The position numbers and the translations under genes were made by a program. Under the pieces are notes generated by a model. The model did not search any database. It was not told where the DNA came from and saw only the letters and a program-made list of their open reading frames with translations. From positions 372,001-436,000 of the forward strand of contig JAWMAR010000647.1 in the NCBI GenBank assembly GCA_036785375.1: a DNA stretch of 64,000 bases, given 5' to 3'. This document shows, in pieces, positions 36,733-50,870 of this stretch (its first letter is position 1; every line of letters begins with the position of its first letter). The stretch comes from Leucoraja ocellata (Eukaryota).

Positions 36733-39089
36733 CTTTATTACAGGTAATGATGGCCGAGGGTTTGGGGGATACTGTCAGAGAAGCATTGCCAAGTTGGTGC
36801 AGTGCATCTCATAGTGTACACTGTAGCCATGTTTCTCTGCCGATGGGGGAAATTAATTTTCAAGATTATAAAATTGCCCGTCGAGTGAGATGCCTTGTTC
36901 TGAGTGTTGAGTTTCTTGTGTCTTGTGGATCTGCTCCCATCCAAGCGGGTGGACATCTTTAAGATGCCGTTCCCTGGATAGTGTTGAGTTTCTGGATCCA
37001 TGTTGGAACTCCTCCCATCCAGGAAAGTAGACATCCTTGAGACGCTTTGCAGATGGTGGAAAGGCTTTCCAGAGACAGGACATGACTAACCCACGACAGA
37101 ATACCAAAACCTGGCATCTGCTACAATAAGTAGCTGGTTGACTTTCCATTTGTAATGGGGGAGAAGTATGAGCAATAATAATACAAATAGTTATATGTGT
37201 AATGGATGATTATACGTTCTTTGGAATGGTCAGTGCCTGGGACTTGCATGGTGTGAACATAACTTGCTGATTTTCAGCCAGAGCTTGGTTGTTGTCCATG
37301 TCTTGCTGAGTTCTGCATGGGCTTTTCATTATCCACAGCTTTAAAATGTTCCCCTGGTCTTTTTAGCTTGCCAAAATCTAGTTGTTTTTTTCGTTATAAG
37401 ACTGCATAATGTCGACCTTCATTAAAGTGTGTCTAAAACCATTAAACCTGTGAGCACTGATTCTTCACACCAGACTTTTGGCTGCATGACAAAACCTGCT
37501 GAAACACCAGTGTTGTTTGTTTTCTTCAGCAAAGCATTTATCAGTAAATCAAAGGTGAGCTTTCCAGTTGTATTTTAAAGAGATAAAAAATGTAATTCCA
37601 CCAGAAAACATCATACAATAGAAACAATTATTTTATAAGTTACCTGTATAAAGATTTAATGATTCTTTTTAAACCCCAGTTTTATCTGAGAAGTACTACT
37701 TTGCTAAACTCATAAACTTGTGTTCCAGACTGGTTGGAAGGAGCTGGAACCATTTCAGCGTCGTCTTAGAATGAATAACAGATTTGTCTAACTGAGTCAA
37801 AATTTATATTAAATGTATTATATTTCAGACACGCAATCTAGTTATGTAAAATGCCTACACAAACAAGTGTCTGCTTTGCACATGCTGTTTATGAGCTAAA
37901 TAAATGATACAACTTAAAACAAATTAATCTTTATACGCCGTACTCTTTAAACAGCAAACTGTTGTGCACGGAACACAGAAAATAATAAGATAAAATTAAT
38001 ATTCTTCCATGAGGAAGAAATAATATTCCTTGCAAATGAAGAAAATAATGTTCTTTTATAAAATAATGAAAATAGTCATTGTGACAATGACTTAAATGAG
38101 TATTTACAGATTTTCCCCAATGCCTTGTGAATTGCGCAGCAGGTTTTCAGCTGTAAAGAACGACAAAACACTCATTTTAAGAGATGCTGCCTGGCCCGCA
38201 GCATCCAGCATTTTGTGCCTACCTTCCACCTATCACTTGCCAGGCTTTGTCCTACCCTTATCTCTCCTTTCCATCGTCAGCCCCCTGCTCCTGAAGAAAA
38301 GTATCACCCATTTCCCTCTAATTATACTGCCTGACCTGCTGAGTTACTCCAGCATATTTTTTGGACAATTGGCTTATTTACCTCTTTCTGTGTCATAGAG
38401 ATTCAATATCAGGCTATATGCTTATTTTATCTGTGCGCCCATTGCACGATTTTGACACATCTGCCCATAATTTATGTTACTAATTTTGTTTGCAGCTGTA
38501 CTTCTCACTGAACAATGAATTGTTATCCTATTCAGTCATCTTGTTATAATGTGGTTAAAACCGATGATCATGCCATATCTGTAATTTAAAATTGAGCATT
38601 GTTTACCGACATATTATGCCAATAATGTTAGCATTAGCAAAACAGTTCAAAAGGTTTACTCTGATGGCAGATATAATGGCAATCCATTTGAGCAGAAAAG
38701 TAATCTCGTTAATATACACAAAGTAACAAATATCTGTTTTTTATATAATGCATCAGAAGGGCCAAGCATAAAAAAGATTCAGCATCTATGACAATGCTGC
38801 CAAAAGGTTATTTCATACATTAAATCAGAAATCTTGACTTTGCAAAATCTAGCAATGTTGCCAAGAAATTGTTTTCTTCCAGAAAGATAAAAAAATCATT
38901 AACATAGTAACAGTAGTGGTATTGTTTAAGCTATGAAAAAGAAATAAACTATTAGTCACATATCTGAGACTTTAATAGGCCTGGAGAGAGAAATATTTCC
39001 ATGACCAATGTCAATGACTTGCATTTGTGTATTATCTGCAATGTATGAATGATCAATAAGCAACACTACAGCAATGGCCAAGGTAGATG

Positions 39090-39690
39090 TCATGTGACTG
39101 TCATACAGCATGCAAACAGGCCGTTTCGCCCAACTCATCCATGCCAACCAAGGTGCCACTACTAGTCCCATTTACCTGTGTTTGGCGCATTTCCTCATTA
39201 ACCGATCCTATTCATGTACCTGTCCAAATACATTTTAAATGTTACAGTACCTGCATCAACTAGTTATTTTGGCAGCTCATTCTATATACCCACAACTTCC
39301 ATAAACAAAAAAAAGTTGCCCAATTCCTATTAAATCTTTCCTCTTAGCTTAAACCTAGGCCCACTAATTCTTTATACCCCTATTCTAGGAAAAAGATTAT
39401 GTGCATTTGTCCTACCTGTTGCTGTCATGGTGGTATGCTGTTCACTCCTCAAGATCACTCCTCAGCCTCCTGTGCTCCACACAATAATATACTAACTAGC
39501 CTGTCCAAACTCTCCGTGTAGCTCAGGCCCTCGATTCCTGGCAACATCCTCGTAAGTTTTTACTTCACTCTTTCCAGCTTAATGACATCTTTCCCATAGC
39601 AGGGTGACCAAAACTAAACACAGTACTTCAACTGCATCCTTGCTAATGTCTGGTACAACTGTAACATAATGTCCCAACTTCTATACTTAT
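39090..39690 (-). mobile_element. Old CR1 3' fragment
   Basis: Degenerate version of 5468-5955. Confidence 0.7.
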
Positions 39691-39867
39691 TCATGTGGGA
39701 AGGAACTGCAGATGCTGTTTTTAAGATGGACACAAAATGCTGGAGAGGCTCGGCGGGGCAGGCAGCATCTCTGGAGAGCTGCCACCAATTTCTTTTCGCT
39801 CCAGATATGCTGCCTGTCCCACTGACTTACTCCAGCATTTTGTTTCTATCTTTTATACCTATTATAA

Positions 39868-41512
39868 ACAATAGACAGTAGGTGCAGCAGTAGGAACATT
39901 CAGCCCTTCGAGCCAGCCCCACTATCACTGTGATCATCCGCAATCAGTATCCCGTTTCTGCCTTCCCATATCACTTGACTCTACTATCTTTAAGAGTTCT
40001 ATCCAACTCGCTCTTGAAAGCATCCAGAGAATCAGCCCCCACTACCTTCTGAGGCAGAGAATTCCACAGATTCACAACTCTCTGGTTGAAAATGTCTTTC
40101 CTCATATCCGTTCTAAATTGCCTACCCCTTACTCTTAAACTGTAACCCCTAGTTCTACACTCCCCCAACATCGGGAAGATGTTTCCTGCCTCTAGCGTAT
40201 CCAATCCCTTAATAATCTTATGTTTCAATAAGATGCCCTCTCATCCTTCTAAATTCCAGTGTGTACAAGCCCAGTCGTTCCTTTCTTTCAACATATGACA
40301 GTCCAGCCATCCTGGGAATAAACCTCGTGAACCTACACTGCACTCCCTCAATAGCAAGAATGTCCTTCCTCAAATTTGGAGACCAAAACTACACACAATA
40401 CTCCAGGTGTGGTCTCACCAGGGCCTTATACAACTGCAGAAGGACCTCTTTGCTCCTATGCTCAACTCCTCTTGTTATGAAGGCCAACATGCCATTAGCT
40501 TTCTTCACTGCCTGCTGTACCTGCTTGCTTACTTTCAGTCGCTGATGTACAAGGGCACCCAGATCTCGTTGCACTTCCCCTTTTCCTAACTTGGCACCAT
40601 TCAGATAATAATCTGCCTTCCTGTTCTTGCCACCAAAGTGGATAACCTCACATTTATCCTTATTAAAATGCATCTCCCATGCATCTGCCCACTCACCCAA
40701 CCTGTCCAAGGCACCCTGCATCCTCATAGCATCTTCCTCCCAGTTTACGCTGCCACCCAGCTTTGTGTCATCTGCAAATTTGCTAATGTTACTTTTAATC
40801 TCTTCATCTAAACTTAATCATGAATGTATTTTGTAAATAGCTGCAGTCCCAGCACCAAGCCTTGCGGTAACCCACTAGTTACTGCTTGCTAGTTACTGAA
40901 AGGAACCCGTTAATCCCTAATCTTTGTTTCCTGGCTGCCAACCAATTTTCTATCCATGTCAATACCCGCCCCCTATACCATGTGTTCTAATTTTGCCCAC
41001 TAATCTCCTATGTGTAAACTTATCAAAGTATTTCTGAAAGTCTAGGTACACTACGTTCACTGGCTCTCCCTTGTCTATTTTCCTAGTTACATCCCCAGAG
41101 AATTCCAGAAGATTAGTCAAACATGATTTCCCCTTCGCAAATCCAAGATGACTCGGACCGATCCTGTTACTGGTATCCAAATGTCCCGCTATTTCATCTT
41201 TTATAATTGACTCCAGCATCTTCCCCACCACTGATTTCAGGCTAACTGGTCTATAATTCCCTGTTTTCTCTATCCCTCCTTTCTTAAAGAGTAGAATACT
41301 ATTAGCTTCCCTCCAATCCACAGGAACTGATCCTGAATCTATAGAACATTGGAAAATGATCACCAATGCATCCACGATTTCTAGAGCCACCTTCTTAAGT
41401 ACCCTGGGATGCAGACCACCAGGCCGTGGGGATGTATCAACCTTTAGTCCCATCAGTCTACCCAACACCATTTCCTGCCTAATGTGAATTTCCTTCAGTT
41501 CCTCCGTCACCT
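39868..41512 (-). mobile_element. Older CR1 LINE, RT region to 3' end
   Basis: NYRPVSL, KGKSCLTNLLEF, VYLDFQK.FDK, LYKALVRPHLEYC. Confidence 0.9.
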
Positions 41513-41714
41513 TAAACTTAAATTAAACAGGGCCAGGGCCTTCAGTGAAGGATAAGGCCCTGGGGAGTGTTGTAGACTGAAAGGATCGAGGAAAACAAGT
41601 ACATAGTTCCCTGAAAGTTGTGTAGCTGGTTGATAGAACGGTCAAGTGGACTTTCAGTACTTGGGCTTTCATCAGTCAGGGAATTCTATACTTGGGCCTT
41701 CATCAGTCTGGGAA

Positions 41715-42510
41715 TATGCAGGTAGACTGAGAGAATCAGGTTGGTACTGGACCCCAAGAAAGGGAGTTTGTGGAGTGCCTCCAAGATAGATTCTTAGAGC
41801 AGCTTCTACTGGAGCCTACCAGGGAGAAGGCAATTCTGGATTTAGTGTTGTGAAATGAACCTTATCAGATTTGATAAGGGAACTCGAGGTAAAGGAGCCA
41901 TTAGGAGGTAGTGACCATAATATGATCAGTTTTAATCAACAATTTGAGAGTGAGAGGGAAAATCCGAAGTGTCAGTATTCCAGTTGAGCAAAGGGGACTA
42001 TGGAGCCACGAGGGAGGAGCTGGCCAAAGTTGACTGGATAGAGACCCTAGCAGGGATGATGGTGGAACAACAATGGCAGGTATTTCTGGGAATAATACAA
42101 AGGTGCAGCATCAGTTCATTCCAAAGAGGAAGAAAGATTCCAAGGGGAGTAAGGGGCAACCGTGGCTGACGAGGGAAGTCAAGGGCTGTATAAAAATAAA
42201 AGTGAAAAAGTATAATGTAGCAAAGATGAGCCAGAAAGGAAGCCAGAGGATTCGGAAACTTTTAAAGAGCTTCAGAAGATAACTAAAAAGGCAATATGGG
42301 GAGAAACGATGAGGTACGAAGGTAAACTAGCCAAGAATATAAAGGAAGATAGTAAAAGCTTCTTTAGGTATGTGAAGAGGAAAAAAATAGTGAAGCCAAA
42401 TGTGGGTGTCTTGAAAACAGAAACGGATGAATTTATTATGGGGAACAAGGAATTGACAGACCAGTTGATCAGATACTTTGGATCTGTCTTCACTAGGGAA
42501 GACATAAACC
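41715..42510 (+). mobile_element. CR1 ORF2 endonuclease/linker fragment, inverted relative to 39868-41512
   Basis: Encodes GSDHN (ggtagtgaccataat), PWLT, IKEDSKSFFRYV and YFGSVFT. Confidence 0.85.
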
Positions 42511-45385
42511 TTTTGTCCAGCCAAAACTGGCATCAAGAAGAGTGGGCTTAATGTCAATCAAGGGGAAAACTCTGCTGCCTGAATCCTATTTCATACAAAG
42601 GAAGATGGTTATGGTTTTTGGAGGCCGATTATTTTGGCCCCAAGACATAATTGATGGGGGGTCTGCGGCCCATCTCATTTCTTGCTTCACCGTTGACCAT
42701 CCTTTCATCATTATGTCAGATGTGCCTGTAAGCAAATTGGGGTGCTTTACAATCAACATGTTCTTTATTATGTTTTTTTCTAAGTTGAAGCTGAAACTAA
42801 TTGTCCTAGATTTATCATGTTTTCATAAGTTTGAAGTTTAAGTTTGTAGGCAGTTTAGTGTTGTTAATCACAGGAAATTTGTTTATACATAGAAACCCTG
42901 TAATTACATTGCACCATATTTCCATCGTGTGTCATTATGGAAAAATGTGGTGCTGTAATTCAAAATTAGTTATCACGCTGTGTTTAAAATTGTTTTGTTT
43001 TTCCACATTGAAGTGTAAACCTCCAATTTCAGGGGCAGCATGAACTGTGAATTACCTGCTCACCCTCCAAGGCAATTTGTTCCCCATTTTCTTGGAAGAC
43101 ACATACATGCACCAGTTCTACTGAATTTCTAATTTACATTTATAATCTCCAAGCAGGCCAATTAAACATTCTGTATATTAAAACTGTCCTGTTTCTAAAA
43201 AACAAGTTACAATATTGCTTTATTATCATATCAACATTATCAATATTAAATAACATGAGGATGCAAATAGGATTGCCTTAGCAATCAAATGTGCATGATA
43301 CAATTAGTACTTCCCTAAAATAATAATTTAATCATTCCAGTTTAAATGCCAAAGTAATGCTTTAATCCTGAAACGTGGAATTTGGCCTTCATTCTTGTGC
43401 TTATGATTCTCAAATGAACAATCTATTTTCAAATTTATCACATGGCTGTGAACAAAAAATTATTTCAGAACTTAGAACAGCAAAGCACAGAATGGCTCTT
43501 TAGGCCCACAATATTTATGCCGAACATGATGCCAAGTTAAAATGGGTGCAAATGTAGTAAAATATTGTGCTGAGAAATGTATTTTTCTGTCCCTGTGGAG
43601 TTTGCGTTTCCTTCAGGTGCTCCGGTTTCCTTCCGCATCCTAAAGACTTGTAGGTTAATTGTCCTTGGTATGTAGAAGTGGATGAGAAAGAGGGGTAACA
43701 GAGATCGATGCCCAGTGTGGACTTAGTGAGTCCAATGTGATCGATGCCCAGTGTGGGATTTGCTGAGTTGAATTTCCTGTACGAAGTAAGGCAAGTTCCC
43801 AACCTGAAACTTTGTCTGTTCGTACCCTCCACAGATGCTGTCTGACCTTCTGAGGTCCTCCAGCACTTTATGTTTTGCTCAGTTCAGTGTGTTCAGGTAC
43901 AAGTCAGTCATGGTCTGCCTGGGTGATGAAATGCATTTGGGAGTCTGAATCAAATGGCCTCTGAATTGCCTGTGTCGCAAGTTCACACAAAAGCAGGTGG
44001 TTGTCTGTTACTTCAGCTCTCCCCGTACTCCAGTGCTGCATCTCCCTCGCATCTGTAACTGATTCCCAATACTGTTCCTTTGTGCATTCTGACTTATTTC
44101 ACTCCACTCTACGTTGACGTTTAGTCACTGGAGTTTTTTTTAAGCCACAGTCTCCCACACAAAGCTTTTGGTCACTGCGACTTAATGTTCTGCATTCCTG
44201 GACACTCCCAAATGCTAAAGGCACTAAATAAATACATATTGTTGTTGTTGATACCAAGACGGGCCTTAATTATGGCTTTTTTACTTGGTGCTAAACTAAA
44301 CCATGCATTTGTTACTTTGTTTTATTGCACTAACAAAAAAAAATTCCAAAGGATTATTTCTAAAGGTCGAACAGCTGGCTGTCTCTATAACTTTTTGGCT
44401 CTAATCAGTGGAGCGTCAGACTCCAACCCATCTGCATTAAATTTGTGCTGTAGGATGTAGGTATCAGAAAACTAGAAGGGAATACATACAGTACCGTGAA
44501 AGTAGCCTACTTATGACACTGGAGGTCGGAAAGAATATGTTGCATTATGGTTGGAGCATTGGTGGTTAAGATAAAGTAATAAGTATATGAAATAAATCCT
44601 GTTGGAAGTTATTCTCCTCCTACATTGTCGCATGTTTTTGTGCAGCAAAATTAATTCCACATAAACTGTCTAGACCAGAAAGTAACTGGGCACATATTAT
44701 TTATCACTCAAGCCCTAAATGTACTGGACCGGCTACAATACAGCCAGTTGTGGGCCAAGTTTTAATCGATGTTATGTTTAACAATAGTAAACATTGTAGT
44801 AGTATTATCATTCATTACTGCATTACTGCAGAACTGTTGCCTATAGAACTCTTTAAACATTTCAAAGACTATGTTTCAACAAGTTCAGCTTTTCAAGTTA
44901 TGGAGGCAATAGCCATGGCTTCTTAGTAGATCGAATTTGAGCCTGGATTTTGTAGGCCACGGTTTGTTGCACATGCACTAATTCGGAATCCCCCTGGGCC
45001 CGTGCATTTGAATTTACAGCAATCTTGGTACGCTGCTGTCTAAATCTCCAACATTAATTAAAATCTAGAGGATTACTGATACAATAATTTACTGATACGT
45101 TAGGTTTGAATGCCAGGAAGATTAATTGGCACTATTTAGGATTTATTGGACTGTAGATGTGTTTACTTACTGTGCTTTTAACCCAGAATTGTACAATTCG
45201 TACACATTTATCTCTGCCTTAGCACCATGAATTTGGACTCATTTTTTCAGAGGCACTTCCTCTGACATAAGAACTAATGAGTCCCGGCAATATAAAATGT
45301 CACCCAGGAGTGACAAATATTAAGCAATATTTTTTTACGTACATGAATGGGTTTAACAAAATGCTTTTATTCTTCTTAATTTTAG

Positions 45386-45569
45386 GTGTCTACGAATTCT
45401 ACAGTTCAGTTTCCATCAGCAAACTTTACCTCATCAAAATCATTGGAAGAGCATGCACTGCCTCAAGGTAGTAAACACTTACTGCAGTGGACCCAGAGAA
45501 AATATGGGTTCGTAACATCTTTTACTGAACTGAATAAGGTGAATAATATTTACATCAAAGTGGGTGAAG
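45386..45569 (+). CDS. TGFBR3: TGFBR3 internal exon, 184 nt, phase 0/1
   Basis: ttcttaattttAG / GTGAGT. VSTNSTVQFPSANFTSSKSLEEHALPQGSKHLLQWTQRKYGFVTSFTELNKVNNIYIKVGE matches betaglycan ...HLLNWARKEYGAVTSFTELKIARNIYIKVGE. Confidence 0.93.
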
Positions 45570-45886
45570 GTGAGTCCCTCTTACATCGCGATTGCCGTAA
45601 GTTGTCTCTTATCTGTAATGATCAGTGTGAATTGTTCATTATTGGCAGTTATTTAGTTATAGGTATGTTAGTATAATTATTTGAAATTAGTTCTTGCAGG
45701 TAGCTGGGGTTTCATTTTGTAAAGTGTTTTGCTGTTTATTATCTCAACATATAATATTGATTATCATAAGGTTTGGTAAAATTAGGACCTCAGATATTTG
45801 TTTGCCAGTTAAACTGAACAGATCTTAAGACAATATTTCGATGTTGGTTTGTGAACAAACCATGACACTGTTTCTAACTTTTCTAG

Positions 45887-46055
45887 ATCCTGCATTGTCA
45901 CCGACGTGCATAATAAAGAAAAACTTTCTGTCTCAGAATTATCTGGGAGCCTATTTAAAAATGCAACCTGCACAGGGTTGTACAACTTCATACCCAGCCG
46001 AAGAAAAAGAGGTTCATGTTATTGAACTTGAATCCCCAAGTTCTAGTACTTACAG
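45887..46055 (+). CDS. TGFBR3: TGFBR3 internal exon, 169 nt, phase 1/2
   Basis: ctaacttttctAG / GTAATT. DPALSPTCIIKKNFLSQNYLGAYLKMQPAQGCTTSYPAEEKEVHVIELESPSSSTY matches betaglycan CNIGKNFLSLNYLAEYL...EVHIIEL. The preceding intron is 317 nt. Confidence 0.93.
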
Positions 46056-46362
46056 GTAATTCAGAATTTCAGTATTGTTCGAGTATTTGATTCCTTTCAA
46101 AATGCTGAATTGCTGTGTGATAAGGGGTAAACAATGACCGTGTTGTTTAGAATATGGTGTTATGACGAGCAACAGGTGTCGAAACATTAGTATAATTTAC
46201 GCTTTAGAACAGAAGGCAGCCTTTTTGTGCAAAGGTCAATTTGTGGCAGGAGGATTCCAGGTAAGTACTTGGAATGGAATGAATGCTCTCCATCAAGCCC
46301 TCCATTGCAGCCAAATGCCCCTTCCAGACATAAACGCATAAGTTGCATTGATCAAAGATTTA

Positions 46363-46727
46363 AGGGCCTGTCCCACTTACGCGACCTTTACAGGCGATTG
46401 TCAGCACCCGTGATAGGTCGCCAAAATTTTCAACATGTTGAAAATTCAGCAGTGACCAGAAAGATGCTACGACTCTTTGGAGACCTCTCACGACCATAGG
46501 AGACCTCCCACAACCTTACAGGCTGTATGGTCGTGAGAGGTCACCCGCGACATGTCGCCAGGAGTTGCCTGTATGGTCGTGAGAAGTCTCCTATGGTCGT
46601 GAGAGGTCTCCAAAGAGTCGTAGCGTCTTTCTGGTTGCCGCTGAATTTTCAACATGTTGAAAATTTTAGCGACCTATAACGGGTGCAGGCAGTCGCCTGT
46701 AAAGGTCGTGTAAGTGGGACAGGCCCT
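46363..46727. mobile_element. PIF/Harbinger-type MITE, third subfamily, almost fully palindromic
   Basis: TIR agggcctgtcccacttac; TTA TSD at 46360-46362 and 46728-46730. Internal ttttcaacatgttgaaaa also occurs near 18300. Confidence 0.9.
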
Positions 46728-46844
46728 TTAAGGTTCCACGCTTCAGCCGGAGAGCTCCTATGCACTTCTGCAATGCAGCAGATTATCAAATGCAGAGGCA
46801 GGTTACAAGGATCCTGAGGCTAGTGTTTTGAGAGGAAGAATTCA

Positions 46845-47090
46845 GTGGCTCAGCTGGTGGAGCTGCTGCCTCGTAGCGCCAGAGAACCAGTTTCGATCCT
46901 GACCTCGGCTGTTGTCTGTGAAGTTTGCACGTTCTCCCACGGATCGCGTTGGTTTTCCCTGGGTGCTCCGGTTTCCTCCCACATCCCAAAGACGTGTGGG
47001 TTTTTAGGTTGATTGACCTCATTAAATGTCCCCGAGTGTTTAGCGAGTGGTTGTGATAGTGGGATAACAAAGAACGTCTGGTAAGGGGCG
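46845..47090 (+). mobile_element. tRNA-derived V-SINE
   Basis: gtggctcagctgg head, ttcgatcc B box, V-domain. Confidence 0.8.
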
Positions 47091-49333
47091 ATTAATTTTT
47101 GACTTTTAAAAGCAGTGTAATTACTTATCTGAACCATTAAACAAGATTTTCAAAGGTTTCAAGTGTGAGGAAGGGCTAACTTTTGGGAGGGTAGCATGCA
47201 TAGAAATAGTTCTGATAGGATGTATTGATTAAGATTTATTTTTTTTTGTTTCACATCTTTTGTGAATTGTCTATGTTTTCACTTTTTTAACCTGGTGACA
47301 TGGGCTGCTTATTATTTTTATTTGATTTTTATTGGCATTTCTGGCCAGTTAATTTTGAGGGACACCAGCTGGTTATCGTTGCTGGGATCTTCCAGTTTGG
47401 GTCAATGTACTTGAGGTTGGTCTTGCAGAGAGTTGTACAGGGCACTGCCTTTGACTACAATTTAATTACATTCAGTTTGGGCCTTCACTGTTACGAAAAG
47501 CTGCTTTATTTACAAATGAACAGTGCCAAAGTATTGCTAAAACCAATATTGTGCAAACTCTCACCAGATTTTGGTCATTGTTCTGCCAGTGGTTTTACAC
47601 CAACTAGATACCAGGAAAACAGCTCCAGAGTTCTCGAAAGTATTTCCCACCATGTCCATACCTATTAACAACTAGCATTAAGTCTCCCAAAAACTTGCTC
47701 AAAATTGGTTATTGTCACATTTCTTCCACATCACACAGATAAACTTCTAGGATAATGACTAGTTGCATTTTGTTAAATTTCCCTGACTTGCTATAACTAA
47801 CTACTTCCAGATGACTCACCCGGTAACGGTTTTAATGGGGCATCACTATTTCACCTTGCAGGATTCTTGGAATGCCCCATCTAACCTCAGGAAATAGTTC
47901 CTGATGACGCCTAGCGACATTTTAACTGGATCCAATTGTTTCCATGACTCCTTCACCCCTCTTACGTTTTCCAAGTTTTCTAAAAGAAAGACACAAAATT
48001 CTGGAGTAACTCAGTGGGTCAGGCAGTATCTCTGAAGAAAATGGATAGGTGATGTTTCGGGTCAGAACCATTTCTCAGGCCTAATTTTCCAAAATAAAAT
48101 TCAATTTATTAAGCTCTAAGTTTAATGTTATCTGATTCGCATTTTGTACTAACATTGTATTTCTAAAAAAAAAAAGCTGGCATTAAAATGATAGGATTTC
48201 AAAATGAGAGTACTTTTTTATTTTCAGTCATTGTTTTTTGTTAGTTATTTTTACCTGAAAAATGTACTTGAGTTGCCAGTTGCGGTGTTTATCCTTTCTG
48301 GTACAAATGCTACCTCCTCTAGCCCTCTAAGGTATTATTTCTGTTCTCATGCATTTTCCATTGAAATTATCCTTTAATGCTTTTATGATGAAGTCAGTAC
48401 AGTTACATTTCCTGATCATAACATCTGACCAATCACCCGTCATTGCTGAATCAAACTTAACAGTAAACAGAATATGTTTCTCAATCACCTGGCATGCATC
48501 ACAATAAAAGCAATTCAAAGGATAATATAGTTGTGTGCTACAACAAAGTTGTCAGACCATTTGCTCGGCTGGCACAGATTTTTACAGCTTGCTTACTCTG
48601 TTATAATACGCATGCAATGGACCTTTAGAACTTTTCTCTTGTGGATTCCCATTTTAACAACATTTTTCTATCCTACATAACAATGCAATAAATGCAGAAT
48701 GTTGGATATGACTCATTTATTTTGTCCTGTTTTGTATACCTATGGTCTAAAATGTCTATTCCAACATTCAATATGGTAGTCAGCTTTGCCCTGATGAATA
48801 AAGCTGCCTGGACACTGGAGAGATATGTCTAGCAAAGATCAGAGTTGGGCCTCTGTAATTGCCTCTGCTCCACATAATATAGGCCTACGAGTAGGCTAAT
48901 TGACATCCTGATCATACATGATTGTATAAACATAAGAGCAAATAATAAGAAAACTATCATCATTAATAAAAAACACTCCACTAAATCATGGCTGTCATTG
49001 AGATGGACAAATAAAACTAATTTGTCTGTGCAAGTTAAACTGTCATTGAGAGAAAAGTGTTAATGGTCAAATTCCAACCTCAAAAGTCTGACCTTTTAAC
49101 TACTTCTGGAAAAAGCGTGTAGCCTAATTTTGAGTGAATATTACTATGAATCATTTTATAATGCATATTGCACTATGGCCTGTTTTGCACATGTTCTATT
49201 GTCTGGGATTAATTCCAGCATTTTAATCAACTGGCCAGACACTAGAGACATGTTCAGCTGGAAAAGATTGAGTGTAAGTAAAAGTTTTGGCGCACATACA
49301 ATTTTAATTTTTTTTTATACTGTCCCACAGCAG

Positions 49334-49481
49334 GATTTTCAAAGTGGACATTGTTGTCGACATACGACCAATGCATGCAGACACCGTGCTCTCCAGAAAT
49401 ATTTTGCTGATCCTCAAATGTGAGAAAGCAGTCAATTGGGTAATTCAGTCCCATGGTGTCAGTGGAAAGCTCGAAGTAATT
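49334..49481 (+). CDS. TGFBR3: TGFBR3 internal exon, 148 nt (151 nt if the proximal CAG is used), phase 2/0
   Basis: tgtccCACAGCAG / GTAAGT. RIFKVDIVVDIRPMHADTVLSRNILLILKCEKAVNWVIQSHGVSGKLEVI matches betaglycan FQVDITIDIRP...NLILILKCKKSVNWVIKS. Confidence 0.9.
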
Positions 49482-50597
49482 GTAAGTATTTGAGTATTTA
49501 CCTCTGTTAACTAATTGTTATTAACTAAAAATCAAAATACTGTAACTAAGTTTGTTGTGGTATGAGAGTGTGAAACACTTTTGATGACTTAGCAAGTGGA
49601 TGGCTTTTAAAAAAGTATTGTGAAGAATTGCCCTTCCAAAAGCTACGAAAAGCTTAACCTAGTGATATATATATTGCTTTCGTTCATGTATGAGTTATTG
49701 AAAGAATGAATATACTGTTTTTGTTGGGGATTACAATTTATCAGAAAAGGAAGTTGATCCTTTGCAAAAGTTTTGACTCCACATCTTTGCATAGTAAAAC
49801 AGGTTAGGGGCACTTAAGAGTGTAATGTGAGACTCAGTACTGAGAATGCATTTTTCTGCTGGTTCCCTCAGGCTCTTAGCTGTTGAGTTCTGTGCTTGCC
49901 CAAAATCTTCAAAAACTAACTGCAGTTTCAAGTGCCATACTCTCAGGAGCAGAAAATATTATTTCTATTCTGACTTCAACACAGTTCTCAATATTTGTTG
50001 CTGCATATTTCCATGCTTTTCTTCTTCTACAAGCCAGGAGCAACTTAATGGATACACAAACAATTGCAGATGCTGGAATCTTGAGCCAAACACAAAGTGG
50101 TAGAAGAACTCAGCAGGTCAGGCAGCATCTCAATTCAATTCAATTCAACTTTAATGTCATTGCACAAATACGAGTATGGGTACAACAAAATGCAGTTTAG
50201 CGTCAGTGGAGGGAATGGACAGGTGACGTCTGAAGAAGGGTACCAACCCAAAATGCATAATTCTCTTCATGGATGCTGCCTGACCCACTGAGTTTCTCCA
50301 GCACTTAGTGTTTTACTCAGATCCTATTTAAGATTGGGAACATTTCAGCACGCTCTTTCAGTTTCTTCAAAAAAGTTATTTTCTCGATTTATTAAACACT
50401 CCAGTTAGGCACTGAATCTGCCCATCCTTTGCTTACATCACACACTCTGTTACACTAGCCATTTGTGGCTGCATAGCTCCTAACAACCTCTTGGTCTGAA
50501 AAGGGCATGTGAGTGCCAATTAGGCCACAGGTGGTGAAAACTAAGAGCCTGCCTATGGAACGTCCTGAAGGCCTTCCTGCAGTTCAAGGTTTTCTCT

Positions 50598-50870
50598 GTT
50601 TTAGACTAGAGATACAGTGTGGAAACAGGCCCTCTGTCCCACTGAGTCCACACCAACCAGCTAGTCACCCCCGTATACTAGCACTAGGGGCAATTTACAA
50701 TTTTTTACCAAAGCCAATTAACCTACAAACCTGTACGTCTTTGGCCGAGCACTGGAGAAAACCCACATGATCACGGGGAGAATGTATAGACAGCACCCGT
50801 AGTTAGGATTGAACCCGGATCTCTGGCGCTGTAAGGTAGTCACTCTACCGCTGCTGCCACTGTACCGCCA
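50598..50870 (-). mobile_element. V-SINE, head-to-head with a + strand V-SINE at about 50960-51235
   Basis: Matches the SINE consensus. Confidence 0.75.
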
